Below, one piece after another: positions 50,664-58,829 of a stretch of 64,000 nt of DNA. The translations under genes were made by a program, and so were the position numbers. Position 1 is the stretch's first letter, and each line of letters opens with the position of its first letter. The notes beneath the pieces are model-generated. The model was given only the letters and a program-made list of their open reading frames with translations. It was not told the origin of the DNA and did no database searches. This stretch comes from Candidatus Brocadiia bacterium JP1 (lineage in GTDB: Bacteria > Planctomycetota > Brocadiia > Brocadiales > Bathyanammoxibiaceae): assembly GCA_051388875.1 (NCBI GenBank), contig JBMFFR010000008.1:35830-99829 (forward strand), in the 5' to 3' direction.

Positions 50664-50694
50664 GCAAGTGCTCTAACCACTGAGCCAAGCGCCC
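50622..50694 (-). tRNA. tRNA-Val (anticodon CAC)
   Basis: The reverse complement reads GGGCGCTTGGCTCAGTGGTTAGAGCACTTGCTTCACAAGCAAGGGGTCGGTGGTTCGAATCCACCAGCGCCCA. Anticodon loop TTCACAA. Acceptor GGGCGCT/AGCGCCC. Confidence 0.92.
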
Positions 50695-50742
50695 ACTTGC
50701 CCTCAAAATTTAAGCCTCTTTATAGCTATTTCAGGGGACATG

Positions 50743-51153
50743 TCAAGTTATTACTACCTCTGGAAAGGTGTCTGGTTCTTGCTGGTCAAAAGGGGTATCG
50801 GTGCAGTAGACCAAGTACATGTCTTCATCCCCGATATTCTTGAAACCATGAACAACCCTGGGAGGTATCTTTATGATTCTAAGCTCATCTTCAGCCAGGG
50901 TCACCTCGTGCTGTTCCTGGCTATCTATATCCTTCAGTACTAGTTTCATCTTGCCTTTTATAACGCAATACCATTCCGTTTTATGGAGATGATAGTGGTT
51001 GCCTTTTGCTATCCAGGGTTTAGCTACTGTAAGGTTCACCTGGGCTATCTTGTCTATACCGAATTCCTGACGGAAAAGCTCCACAAACCACCCCCGCTGG
51101 TCTTTGAGCACGTTGAGGTCTTTAGTCTTTATATCTTTCATCTCAGGGTTCAT
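50743..51153 (-). CDS. cupin-fold protein, RmlC/FdtA-like sugar-nucleotide epimerase/isomerase family
   Basis: 136 aa. DQRGWFVELF.., KGNHYHLHKTEWYCVIKG. Confidence 0.55.
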   Translation of the reverse strand: MNPEMKDIKTKDLNVLKDQRGWFVELFRQEFGIDKIAQVNLTVAKPWIAKGNHYHLHKTEWYCVIKGKMKLVLKDIDSQEQHEVTLAEDELRIIKIPPRVVHGFKNIGDEDMYLVYCTDTPFDQQEPDTFPEVVIT

Positions 51154-51308
51154 TCTATCTTAAAGAATGAATTTTAAAAGGGGCGTGATAGAAAATCAAG
51201 CAACAAGAGATGCTTTGTTGACAGAACAGACCTCCTCTGATAACTTTCCAGTGTGGCAAAAAAGCTTTGCCATTGCTAGAGTCAGGCATAATGCAAGCGA
51301 GAAGTAGC

Positions 51309-51839
51309 ATGAATAAGGCAAAGATTTTTTTTATAGGTTTCAAAACAGCTATTGGGCTGGTGCATGTGATGTGGGGGCAAAAAGGGTTGCTGCTTGTTTC
51401 TTTTCCAGATGGGTCAGACGGGGATTTTGTAAAAATGGTAAAGAAGGGGTTGGGGATGGTGCCGGTAGAGGGCGGCAGCCCCCCTGGCAGGTCTAGAGAA
51501 CTCTTGAAAAGGTATTTCTCTGGGAAGAGAGTTGATTTTGCTGATGTGCCGCTTGATTTAGCCTACGGTACTGAATTCCAGCGAGCAGTGTGGAGAAAGC
51601 TAATGGAGATCCCCTATGGAGAGGTCAGGAGTTATGGCTGGGTGGCAAAAGAGGTTGGGTGCCCCGCAGCCCCAAGGGCGGTAGGACGCGCTTGTGGCCA
51701 AAACCCGTTGCCACCTATTGTCCCGTGCCACAGGGTAGTGGGCACAAGGGGTGAGTTGGTTGGATACTCGGGTTTGGGGGGGGTTAACCTGAAAAAAAAG
51801 CTGCTTGAACTTGAACGGGCAGTACTAAAAGGCTGTTAG
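51309..51839 (+). CDS. ogt: methylated-DNA--protein-cysteine methyltransferase
   Basis: Active site IVPCHRVVG and helix-turn-wing YGEVRSYGWVA. The start is uncertain (TTG 51267, ATG 51291 or ATG 51309). Confidence 0.9.
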   Translation: MNKAKIFFIGFKTAIGLVHVMWGQKGLLLVSFPDGSDGDFVKMVKKGLGMVPVEGGSPPGRSRELLKRYFSGKRVDFADVPLDLAYGTEFQRAVWRKLMEIPYGEVRSYGWVAKEVGCPAAPRAVGRACGQNPLPPIVPCHRVVGTRGELVGYSGLGGVNLKKKLLELERAVLKGC

Positions 51840-51870
51840 CGATTATGCCTCCCGAGAAAAGTTTAACCCC

Positions 51871-51984
51871 CGGCAGCCCTAAAACGTATTACTGTTTGTT
51901 AAAATCCTCAAACTTGTCGTGGGAGGGCATCTGTGTGAGCGGCAGTAGCCTAAAACGTATTACTGTTTGTTAAAATCCTCAAAC
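51871..51984. repeat. direct duplication of the ccoS-like gene 3' end
   Basis: A 36-bp perfect repeat CCTAAAACGTATTACTGTTTGTTAAAATCCTCAAAC occurs at 51878-51913 and 51949-51984. Both copies are preceded by CGGCAG. Confidence 0.85.
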
Positions 51985-52205
51985 ACCTGGTATTTTGCAT
52001 CTTCCAGCCCTTTAAAATCCAGGTAACCATGTTTCCAGGCCAATAAAAAGGCCACACCCGCTCCTAAGAAAAAGAGTCCACTTATAAATAGCATCAGCCA
52101 ATTGGTGAAAAGGGGTGTGTCTTTCACAGAGTCTAGAAGACAAGCGCAGGGCAAAAACTGCAGATTATAACCTTGTAATTTATGATGCATGGCTCGGTCT
52201 CTCAT
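51960..52205 (-). CDS. ccoS: CcoS/FixS-like cbb3 oxidase maturation protein
   Basis: The C-terminal 44 aa, MLFISGLFFLGAGVAFLLAWKHGYLDFKGLEDAKYQVFEDFNKQ, fit the single-TM CcoS pattern. The true start may be Met38 (nt 52094). Confidence 0.55.
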   Translation of the reverse strand: MRDRAMHHKLQGYNLQFLPCACLLDSVKDTPLFTNWLMLFISGLFFLGAGVAFLLAWKHGYLDFKGLEDAKYQVFEDFNKQ

Positions 52206-52206
52206 T

Positions 52207-52758
52207 TCATCTTAAACTCTGTAAATATACAATAAGGGCATCTATTTCTTCTTTGGAGAGATAGGTGAAAGGGGGCATTATTGAACCGGCCACCTTTCCA
52301 GCCATTCCTTCCTCCTCTGGGGTCTTAGGTCTGGGGTTTATTAGGTGATTTCTGTGCCATTCGTCCTCGTATTTACCGCTAACGTGGGAGAGGTCGGGTC
52401 CGGCGCGCTCCGAGCCTAACACGTGTGGGAAGTCGTATTCGTAGTCACCCGGTTGGGAAACGTCTCCCAATCCTGCGTCAGCCCTGATTGGCCTGACCTG
52501 CTGGGTATGGCAATACCAGCATCCCTCCCTTACGTAAACCTTTCTGCCAAGCAGTGCCTTTTCAGAGTAAGGTACGCCTTTCTCTGTAGTGGGAATCTTT
52601 TCCGTGTAAGGGAGCACACCAGTTGCCAGAAAGGCGATGATTATCAGTAGCACCGCCCCCGGCACTAGAAGCCCTAATGCAATACTCTTTCGGTAGTATA
52701 TACCTCCTAAACATATGATACTGCTAGCCAGTATAAATAATATAAGTGCCTTGTACAT
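52207..52758 (-). CDS. ccoO: cbb3-type cytochrome c oxidase subunit II (monohaem CcoO)
   Basis: 183 aa. N-terminal TM and GCWYCHTQQVRP haem site. Immediately downstream of ccoN. Confidence 0.88.
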   Translation of the reverse strand: MYKALILFILASSIICLGGIYYRKSIALGLLVPGAVLLIIIAFLATGVLPYTEKIPTTEKGVPYSEKALLGRKVYVREGCWYCHTQQVRPIRADAGLGDVSQPGDYEYDFPHVLGSERAGPDLSHVSGKYEDEWHRNHLINPRPKTPEEEGMAGKVAGSIMPPFTYLSKEEIDALIVYLQSLR

Positions 52759-52759
52759 G

Positions 52760-54238
52760 CTACACCCTTCCCGCCCGGTAGAAAGTTAGCAGGACGTTTA
52801 TTACGAAGAGTATCACCCCCAAAAAGGCAAGCCCCGCCCCTATCCACCAGGTAAAGTAGTACGGATGCAAGAGCCTAACTATATCTATAAACTCTACTAC
52901 TGGTTTAGACACCGTTGTTCCAGAGATGAAGTCGTATTCCTCTATCTTGGCTAACCATAGGGTACTTTGTACTATGCTCGCGGCATGGGTAATTCCTAAG
53001 AAAATAATAGTCCCTACGAATAGTAGCCAGAAATTCCAGCGGGTAAGCCGCAGATTAAGGTCTACATTTAGTAACTTCCGAAGTATATGGTATATAGCAG
53101 ACATGTTGAGGGTGGTAAAGGTAGCTAAAAAGGCTAGGTGGGCATGCCCTACTACCCAATAAGAGAGATGGACACCAGCATTAACTGTCTTAATCGCTTG
53201 AAACGGCCCTTGCGTGCAGGTCAAGAAGTAAGACAGCCCGCCGAGTGCAAAGAACTTAAACGGCATGTGTTCAGGGGAGCTGTCAAACAGGAGGTGCCAC
53301 TTCCCCTGTGTAGTTTTGAATAAGTTATACACTACGGCAAAGACAGGTATCAACATCAATATACTGAACGTTATTGCCACATTTTCAAGCCAGTCAGGCC
53401 CAGGACCATAGACAAGGTGGTGCTGACCGTTCCAGACATAAAAGAAGGCCAGTGTCCAGAACCCTATCAGGGATAGTCTGTGGCTATACAGTGGATTTCC
53501 TGTGAATACAGGCAGAAAGTAAAAGAAGGTACCCAGCCCCATTGTGCTAAACCACATACCTATCAAGTTGTGGCCATACCACCAGTTAAGCATGGCATCA
53601 TTGACCCCCGATACCGGTCCTCTCCCACCCAACCCCGTTGTATCCAGGAGGAAGTTGTTGCCCACCACGTAAGTAATAGGCACCCATACCAGTGACCCCA
53701 GGAAATACCAGAGGCTGACGTACATGACTCGCTCCTTCATCTGGGCAACCGTCTTGAATGCGTTGTAGGCCAGTAACGTAAAGTTAAGCATAAGCAGGAA
53801 GTCAAGGGGCAGTATAAACTCTGCGTACTCCCTTCCCTGGGTGTATCCGAGGAGCAGGCTTACGGTGGACCCAAACATTAAAAGGTTCCACAAGGAACAG
53901 GTCAGGTTGCCTAGCCGCTCGCTATAAAGCTTTACCCCTGTCAGCCTTGGTAGTATGTACAGCATTATTCCAGAACTTGACATGGAGAGCCAGCCAAAAA
54001 GGGCAACGTTGACGTGAACAGGCCTAAGCCTGCCAAAGGAAAGCCAGGGGGTATTGCCTAAAAAATCAGGCCAAACTAGTTTGGTCACCAATATAAGGGC
54101 AACAGAGACAACCAGGACAAGCCATATTACAGAGGAGAATATAAAATACCTTGCTGCTGAATCCTCCTCATCTTTCCACCTGATTAGTGTTAACAAAAGG
54201 CTTGAACTGTGGGTTTTATCTGCCTTTACCTCTCCCAT
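52760..54238 (-). CDS. ccoN: cbb3-type cytochrome c oxidase subunit I
   Basis: 492 aa polytopic. NWWYGHNLIGMW, VVGHAHLAF. Several conserved His in TM helices. Confidence 0.9.
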   Translation of the reverse strand: MGEVKADKTHSSSLLLTLIRWKDEEDSAARYFIFSSVIWLVLVVSVALILVTKLVWPDFLGNTPWLSFGRLRPVHVNVALFGWLSMSSSGIMLYILPRLTGVKLYSERLGNLTCSLWNLLMFGSTVSLLLGYTQGREYAEFILPLDFLLMLNFTLLAYNAFKTVAQMKERVMYVSLWYFLGSLVWVPITYVVGNNFLLDTTGLGGRGPVSGVNDAMLNWWYGHNLIGMWFSTMGLGTFFYFLPVFTGNPLYSHRLSLIGFWTLAFFYVWNGQHHLVYGPGPDWLENVAITFSILMLIPVFAVVYNLFKTTQGKWHLLFDSSPEHMPFKFFALGGLSYFLTCTQGPFQAIKTVNAGVHLSYWVVGHAHLAFLATFTTLNMSAIYHILRKLLNVDLNLRLTRWNFWLLFVGTIIFLGITHAASIVQSTLWLAKIEEYDFISGTTVSKPVVEFIDIVRLLHPYYFTWWIGAGLAFLGVILFVINVLLTFYRAGRV

Positions 54239-54243
54239 AATAA

Positions 54244-54711
54244 CTAAGGATTTTCTGCCCTTTTTTGGCCGTACTTTTCCTGGAAACTGGCAAGAATCTC
54301 GTCTATGTATTTATTCCAGGCTTCTGGGTCGGAAAGTTTTCTTGCCTTAGAATCATGTACAAGAAAGTCAAATATCAGCTTGCCTTCCTTGGGAGTTATC
54401 CCTGATCCCGGCTTCTTCATCATCTTGTTTACGTAGCTATTCCATTCCTCTGGCGTGCTGTAGGGAGAATTAAGGGCACGGGCAGCAGTATGACATTTAC
54501 CACATTTGTTTACGAATACTTTATAGGCCTCCTGGATACTGGCGGGATATGTTGAGACGTCCACTGTCTCAGGGCCGAGGTCCCAGGCCATCGGTTTTTT
54601 AGCCATTTCTGCCTCAATTTCTGAGGGAGTGGAAGAGGGCTCTCCAACCGCGAGCAAACCAGGGAAACCGCATAGTGACACACAGATAAAAAACAATGAG
54701 GCTAATCTCAT
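54244..54711 (-). CDS. exported monohaem c-type cytochrome, first gene of the cbb3 operon
   Basis: 155 aa. Signal peptide, CGKCH, then PEEWNSYVNKMMKK. This is the same module as in the 1..578 cytochrome. Confidence 0.8.
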   Translation of the reverse strand: MRLASLFFICVSLCGFPGLLAVGEPSSTPSEIEAEMAKKPMAWDLGPETVDVSTYPASIQEAYKVFVNKCGKCHTAARALNSPYSTPEEWNSYVNKMMKKPGSGITPKEGKLIFDFLVHDSKARKLSDPEAWNKYIDEILASFQEKYGQKRAENP

Positions 54712-55046
54712 GATAAACTATTCCTTAATTTGTATTCTACCATCGCGCATTGTAATAATTGCAAATTTAGTTTGTGAAAAAAGTAAGAAATACTTGCCCA
54801 ATGTTAACAAACTGCTGCTGTAAAGTCAAAGAGTTTTGGGACATTAAGGGGGTTTAACTACCCTGCAAGCAATTACTAGATAAAAAAGATTTGTTAAGCT
54901 GGCCGCTTAACGTATGTGTGGTGGGTCAACTGGGAAGGATAGACACCCTAAGGCGTCTGTGTATGTTCATCAAAAAATGCACATTGCAATAGCGGGTGAC
55001 ACACCACATGTCCACTTGAAGGGGGCCCGCCGGAGCGACGGGCTAC

Positions 55047-55241
55047 TTACTGGCATTTAATCCTTTGGGTAGGGCAAACTAACACTGCGTTTTTTATCTT
55101 TTCACTGTGGGGACTGAATCCTTCTTTTATCTTAAGCTGAGCCCCGGTGGTGGGCAGGAATGAAAAGACCTCTTTGGCCTCTTCGGCACACATTGCACAC
55201 TTTACACAGTTACCTTCAAACCAGACAATTGTTATGTTCAT
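55047..55241 (-). CDS. small single-cluster ferredoxin
   Basis: 64 aa. CVKCAMC...CP ligand pattern. Confidence 0.75.
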   Translation of the reverse strand: MNITIVWFEGNCVKCAMCAEEAKEVFSFLPTTGAQLKIKEGFSPHSEKIKNAVLVCPTQRIKCQ

Positions 55242-55293
55242 AGTTTAACCTCCTTTAATAATCACCGGGGTCAGCTAAAAAACTAAATCAATG

Positions 55294-55950
55294 TTACATC
55301 CAGGGAGCAAAATAGTCAATATGATAAATGTCTATTATCAGCCAGAACAGCTTTGTCCACGCTGCGACTATCCTGCGAAGTTTTTCCTGATCCGACTTTA
55401 GCTGTGCATGCAGGAAATTAAACACATACTGATGGATGTAACCCCACAGAGCAAGATTCAGCCTTACTGGTATGTAGAGGTCCTCATTCCCAAATATGGG
55501 CACATGGACAGCACCTACCCAGCGGACAAAATTCCAGAAGTCTTCATCCCACTTGCATTCAAATATCTTCAGCAAGAATCTCCTCTGACGGGCCCTTCTA
55601 ATAGTTACATACTCCTTGGAAATCTTTCCCTGCTCATCCCTGAACCACCTGGAAAGCCAGGGGTCAGTTATAAGTTTCTCCCAGTATATATGATCAAGAA
55701 TCTTGTCCAAGGCCGGCGCTATGACCTCTTTTGATTCCTTAATGGCTTCTTTATCCGCATCTGTGAAATTAAGGCACTGAGACATGTACTCTACGCGTTT
55801 CATTATGTCCAGACTGGTTTCCCTGTAAAGATCCCAAGCTGTCTTAAATTCAGGCACTTCTAGTACAATGTTGCGTTTTCCACCCGGAACTTTTGGTTCC
55901 GCCTCCATTGGAAATGTTTTCATATAAGCTGTTGCTAAAGCTGAGGTCAT
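55294..55950 (-). CDS. protoglobin-family haem protein
   Basis: 218 aa. By eye it aligns along the M. acetivorans protoglobin: FTDADKEAIKESKEVIAP.., ..WDEDFWNFVRWVGAVH (proximal His position), VRLNLALWGYI, AAWTKLFWLIIDIY. Confidence 0.7.
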   Translation of the reverse strand: MTSALATAYMKTFPMEAEPKVPGGKRNIVLEVPEFKTAWDLYRETSLDIMKRVEYMSQCLNFTDADKEAIKESKEVIAPALDKILDHIYWEKLITDPWLSRWFRDEQGKISKEYVTIRRARQRRFLLKIFECKWDEDFWNFVRWVGAVHVPIFGNEDLYIPVRLNLALWGYIHQYVFNFLHAQLKSDQEKLRRIVAAWTKLFWLIIDIYHIDYFAPWM

Positions 55951-56026
55951 TGTAATCTCCTTGTGTGCTAAATCCTATGAAATCAAAATCTTAGAGCTTA
56001 GAACGTTTTTGGCTCCTTTATTTGCT

Positions 56027-56206
56027 TTAATGAACCGTAACCTGTAAGAATGCTTGCCAGGAAAGGAGCCATATAGTAGCCAGCCCCAGCAAGACTGTAC
56101 CTACTCCAAAACCTATACTGGAAACTAATGCGATAGTCTTTTTACGTCTCTTTGCCCTCACTGTAGAATTTACCTGAAGCGTTGCCACCCTTTTCTTACC
56201 CCACAT
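56027..56206 (-). CDS. small tail-anchored membrane protein, unknown function
   Basis: Not in the ORF track (59 aa). Hand translation: MWGKKRVATLQVNSTVRAKRRKKTIALVSSIGFGVGTVLLGLATIWLLSWQAFLQVTVH. A strong SD AAGGAGG lies 8 nt upstream. Confidence 0.5.
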   Translation of the reverse strand: MWGKKRVATLQVNSTVRAKRRKKTIALVSSIGFGVGTVLLGLATIWLLSWQAFLQVTVH

Positions 56207-56246
56207 AAGTTTGCCCTCCTTTTATAAAGAGTTTAAAGTTTATTGA

Positions 56247-56477
56247 TTATATAGTATCCGAAAAATCGGAAAATTGGCGATGTTCTACCCGGTAGGTAGT
56301 AGGCTCATAATAGGTGCCTTCTCGGGCATGGTCTAGTAAATAGTTACACCTGGGACACCTGCGATTGTATGGCCCTTGACTGTTAAATGTCCTGCCACAC
56401 ATCAGGCATGTCCTTTTTCTCCTTTTGAATTTCACCTTGCTTCTGGTGATTGCGTTCGTTTCTACTATCCGGTTCAT
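56247..56477 (-). CDS. small zinc-ribbon protein, unknown function
   Basis: 76 aa. Basic N-terminus. CLMCG-x14-CPRC. Confidence 0.5.
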   Translation of the reverse strand: MNRIVETNAITRSKVKFKRRKRTCLMCGRTFNSQGPYNRRCPRCNYLLDHAREGTYYEPTTYRVEHRQFSDFSDTI

Positions 56478-56890
56478 GCCATCTCCCTCCTCTTTTCTTT
56501 TAAGGTCCCAAACCTCTAAAAAAGCAATCTATTAAACTAATTTGCACAACCTATGCCAAATTTTTAAGATTTTTATCTAAAAAAATTATATTGCATTAAG
56601 CTCTTTATCTACAACATGTTAGTATATACTTGATAAGTAGTGACATTTTTTGCCTTATTGAAATATTTAGATAGAAAGTTCCCTTAATGGAATATTTTTC
56701 ATAAGAGGGAGAGAGGTGATTACTCAGCATGAAAATTTTTCCAAGAGAGGGCTAGGTTTCTTGCAATTAACGGAATTATCTGATATTTTAAAATTGTAAA
56801 CTTAGAGGGAAGTCTGTATAGCGTTTACCGTGGCTTAAGCTATGCATTTTTTGTTCCTATTTTTTAATCTTTAGCTACTGAGGAGAGTTT

Positions 56891-57907
56891 ATGGATACCT
56901 TTGCAACTGAGACAGCAAGCCCCGATACTCATGCGATAGAGAGGATTGTGGAAGGGCGGCAAAAGATAAAGGACGAGATATCCAAAGTAATAGTGGGCCA
57001 GGATGATGTAATAGAGCAGATGCTTATAGCCCTGTTTTGTAAGGGCCATTGTTTGTTTGTGGGCGTACCAGGTTTGGCAAAAACCTTACTGGTTAGCACC
57101 CTTGCCGAAGTCCTCCATCTCTATTTCAGCCGTATACAGTTTACACCTGACCTAATGCCTGCTGATATTACGGGCACAGACGTGCTTGAGCAGGATTACA
57201 GCACAGGTAGGCGGTTTTTCCGATTTATAAAGGGCCCCATCTTTGCAAACATACTTCTGGCAGATGAGATTAACCGTACACCCCCAAAGACCCAGGCGGC
57301 CCTTCTGCAATCCATGCAGGAGTATAAGGTTACGGCTGGGGGTAACACCTATCCGTTAGAGCTCCCATTCCTAGTCTTTGCCACACAGAATCCCATAGAG
57401 CAGGAGGGTACATATCCACTGCCGGAGGCTCAGCTAGATAGGTTCATGTTCCAAATAAATATAGAATACCCCTCCCGAGAAGAGGAGATGGAGATAGTTA
57501 GGACCACTACCAGTGCCTTTAAGCCCACCCTTAGTAGGGTATTTGGTCCAGAAGAGATTCGGGCATTACAAGAAATGGTCCTTAAGGTACCGGTGTCGGA
57601 TTACGTCCTCTCCTACGCTATAAAACTTGTCAGGGCTACAAGACCGACCGACCAGGAGGCGCCTGATTTTGTCAAAAAATGGATAAGCTGGGGGGCCGGT
57701 CCCAGGGCCTCACAGTATCTCATACTGGGTGGTAAGGCAAGGGCTATTTTGCAGGGCCGTTATGCTGTAAATACTGAAGATATCCGTCATTTATGTCGCT
57801 CCATACTACAGCATAGGGTAATTACCAACTTCCATGCAGAGGCAGAAGGTATTTCCTCGCTTGAGGTTATTAACAAACTTCTGGAAACAGTTAAAGAAAA
57901 AGAGTAA
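56891..57907 (+). CDS. MoxR-family AAA+ ATPase
   Basis: Walker A GVPGLAKT, Walker B LLADEINR, sensor region ATQNPIEQEGTYPLPEAQLDRF. Confidence 0.92.
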   Translation: MDTFATETASPDTHAIERIVEGRQKIKDEISKVIVGQDDVIEQMLIALFCKGHCLFVGVPGLAKTLLVSTLAEVLHLYFSRIQFTPDLMPADITGTDVLEQDYSTGRRFFRFIKGPIFANILLADEINRTPPKTQAALLQSMQEYKVTAGGNTYPLELPFLVFATQNPIEQEGTYPLPEAQLDRFMFQINIEYPSREEEMEIVRTTTSAFKPTLSRVFGPEEIRALQEMVLKVPVSDYVLSYAIKLVRATRPTDQEAPDFVKKWISWGAGPRASQYLILGGKARAILQGRYAVNTEDIRHLCRSILQHRVITNFHAEAEGISSLEVINKLLETVKEKE

Positions 57908-57909
57908 TA

Positions 57910-58827
57910 ATGAAAAAATTGGAAGGTAAAAGCTTTGATCCGATTACCCTCAGTAAAATAGCTAACCTTAGTCTCAGGGCACGTTACGTAGTGGAGGGTA
58001 CCCTTGCTGGTATACACAAGAGTCCTCATAAGGGCGCAAGTATAGAATTCCTGGAGCACAAGGAGTATTCTCCAGGAGACGAGATAAAGCACATAGATTG
58101 GAAGGTGCTGGGCAGGTCAGACAAATACTATCTGAAACAGTTTGAGGACGAGACCAATCTAAAGGCGTACATACTATTAGATACAAGCGGCTCAATGGGT
58201 TACGGTTCTTTGGAAATGACCAAGCTAGAGTATGCTGCTACCCTCACAGCCTGTCTTTGTTACCTATTGCTTATGCAGTCCGATGCGGTTGGCCTTCTAC
58301 TCTTTAACGAAGAGGAGCAAAAATACATACCGCCAAGGGCTAAATTTAATCATCTCCACGTACTTTTGGGGGCCCTTCACCAGCGTAAGGCCCAGGGAAA
58401 GTGTCGTCTCGCACGTATTTTGGAAGATTTTGCCGAAAGAAACCCAAGGCGTTCATTGATAATCCTACTTTCAGACCTCTTTGATGATGTAAACGAAGTG
58501 TGTAAACATCTTAAACAACTCAAAGAGCGCAATAATGAAGTGGTACTACTTCAGATATTAGACCACTATGAGTTAGAATTTCCATTCACGGAGTTTACTT
58601 TATTTCACTCTATGGAGGATACCACTCAGGTGTTGGCTGAACCAAAGGCCGTTAGAGAGGCGTATCTGACTGAACTAGCCCGTTTTTTAGAGGAAATACG
58701 TAAGGGTTGCCTGGAGAACCAGATTGATTACTGGTTAATTGATGCTTCAACTCCTATGGACCGCGTCCTGTTAAGCTACTTGGGCGCAAGAGAAAGATTC
58801 TCCCGCACAAGACTCGGAAAGTTGTAG
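57910..58827 (+). CDS. DUF58 (vWA-like) protein, MoxR partner
   Basis: 305 aa. HKSPHKGASIEFLEHKEYSPGDEIKHIDWK and LDTSGSM motif. 2-nt gap after moxR. Confidence 0.85.
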   Translation: MKKLEGKSFDPITLSKIANLSLRARYVVEGTLAGIHKSPHKGASIEFLEHKEYSPGDEIKHIDWKVLGRSDKYYLKQFEDETNLKAYILLDTSGSMGYGSLEMTKLEYAATLTACLCYLLLMQSDAVGLLLFNEEEQKYIPPRAKFNHLHVLLGALHQRKAQGKCRLARILEDFAERNPRRSLIILLSDLFDDVNEVCKHLKQLKERNNEVVLLQILDHYELEFPFTEFTLFHSMEDTTQVLAEPKAVREAYLTELARFLEEIRKGCLENQIDYWLIDASTPMDRVLLSYLGARERFSRTRLGKL

Positions 58828-58829
58828 CT

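Noticed and set aside
51871-51984. Possible CRISPR array
   Set aside because: There are only two copies of a 36-bp repeat, one of them inside a gene's 3' end, and no cas genes. No CRISPR-like repeat-spacer array was seen anywhere in the window.
54750-54764. Imperfect palindrome TTGTAATAATTGCAA upstream of the cbb3 operon as an FNR/CRP-type box
   Set aside because: The half-sites and 5-nt spacing do not fit TTGAT-N4-ATCAA. It is noted only as a possible operator near a TAGAAT -10-like hexamer (54734-54739 on the minus strand).
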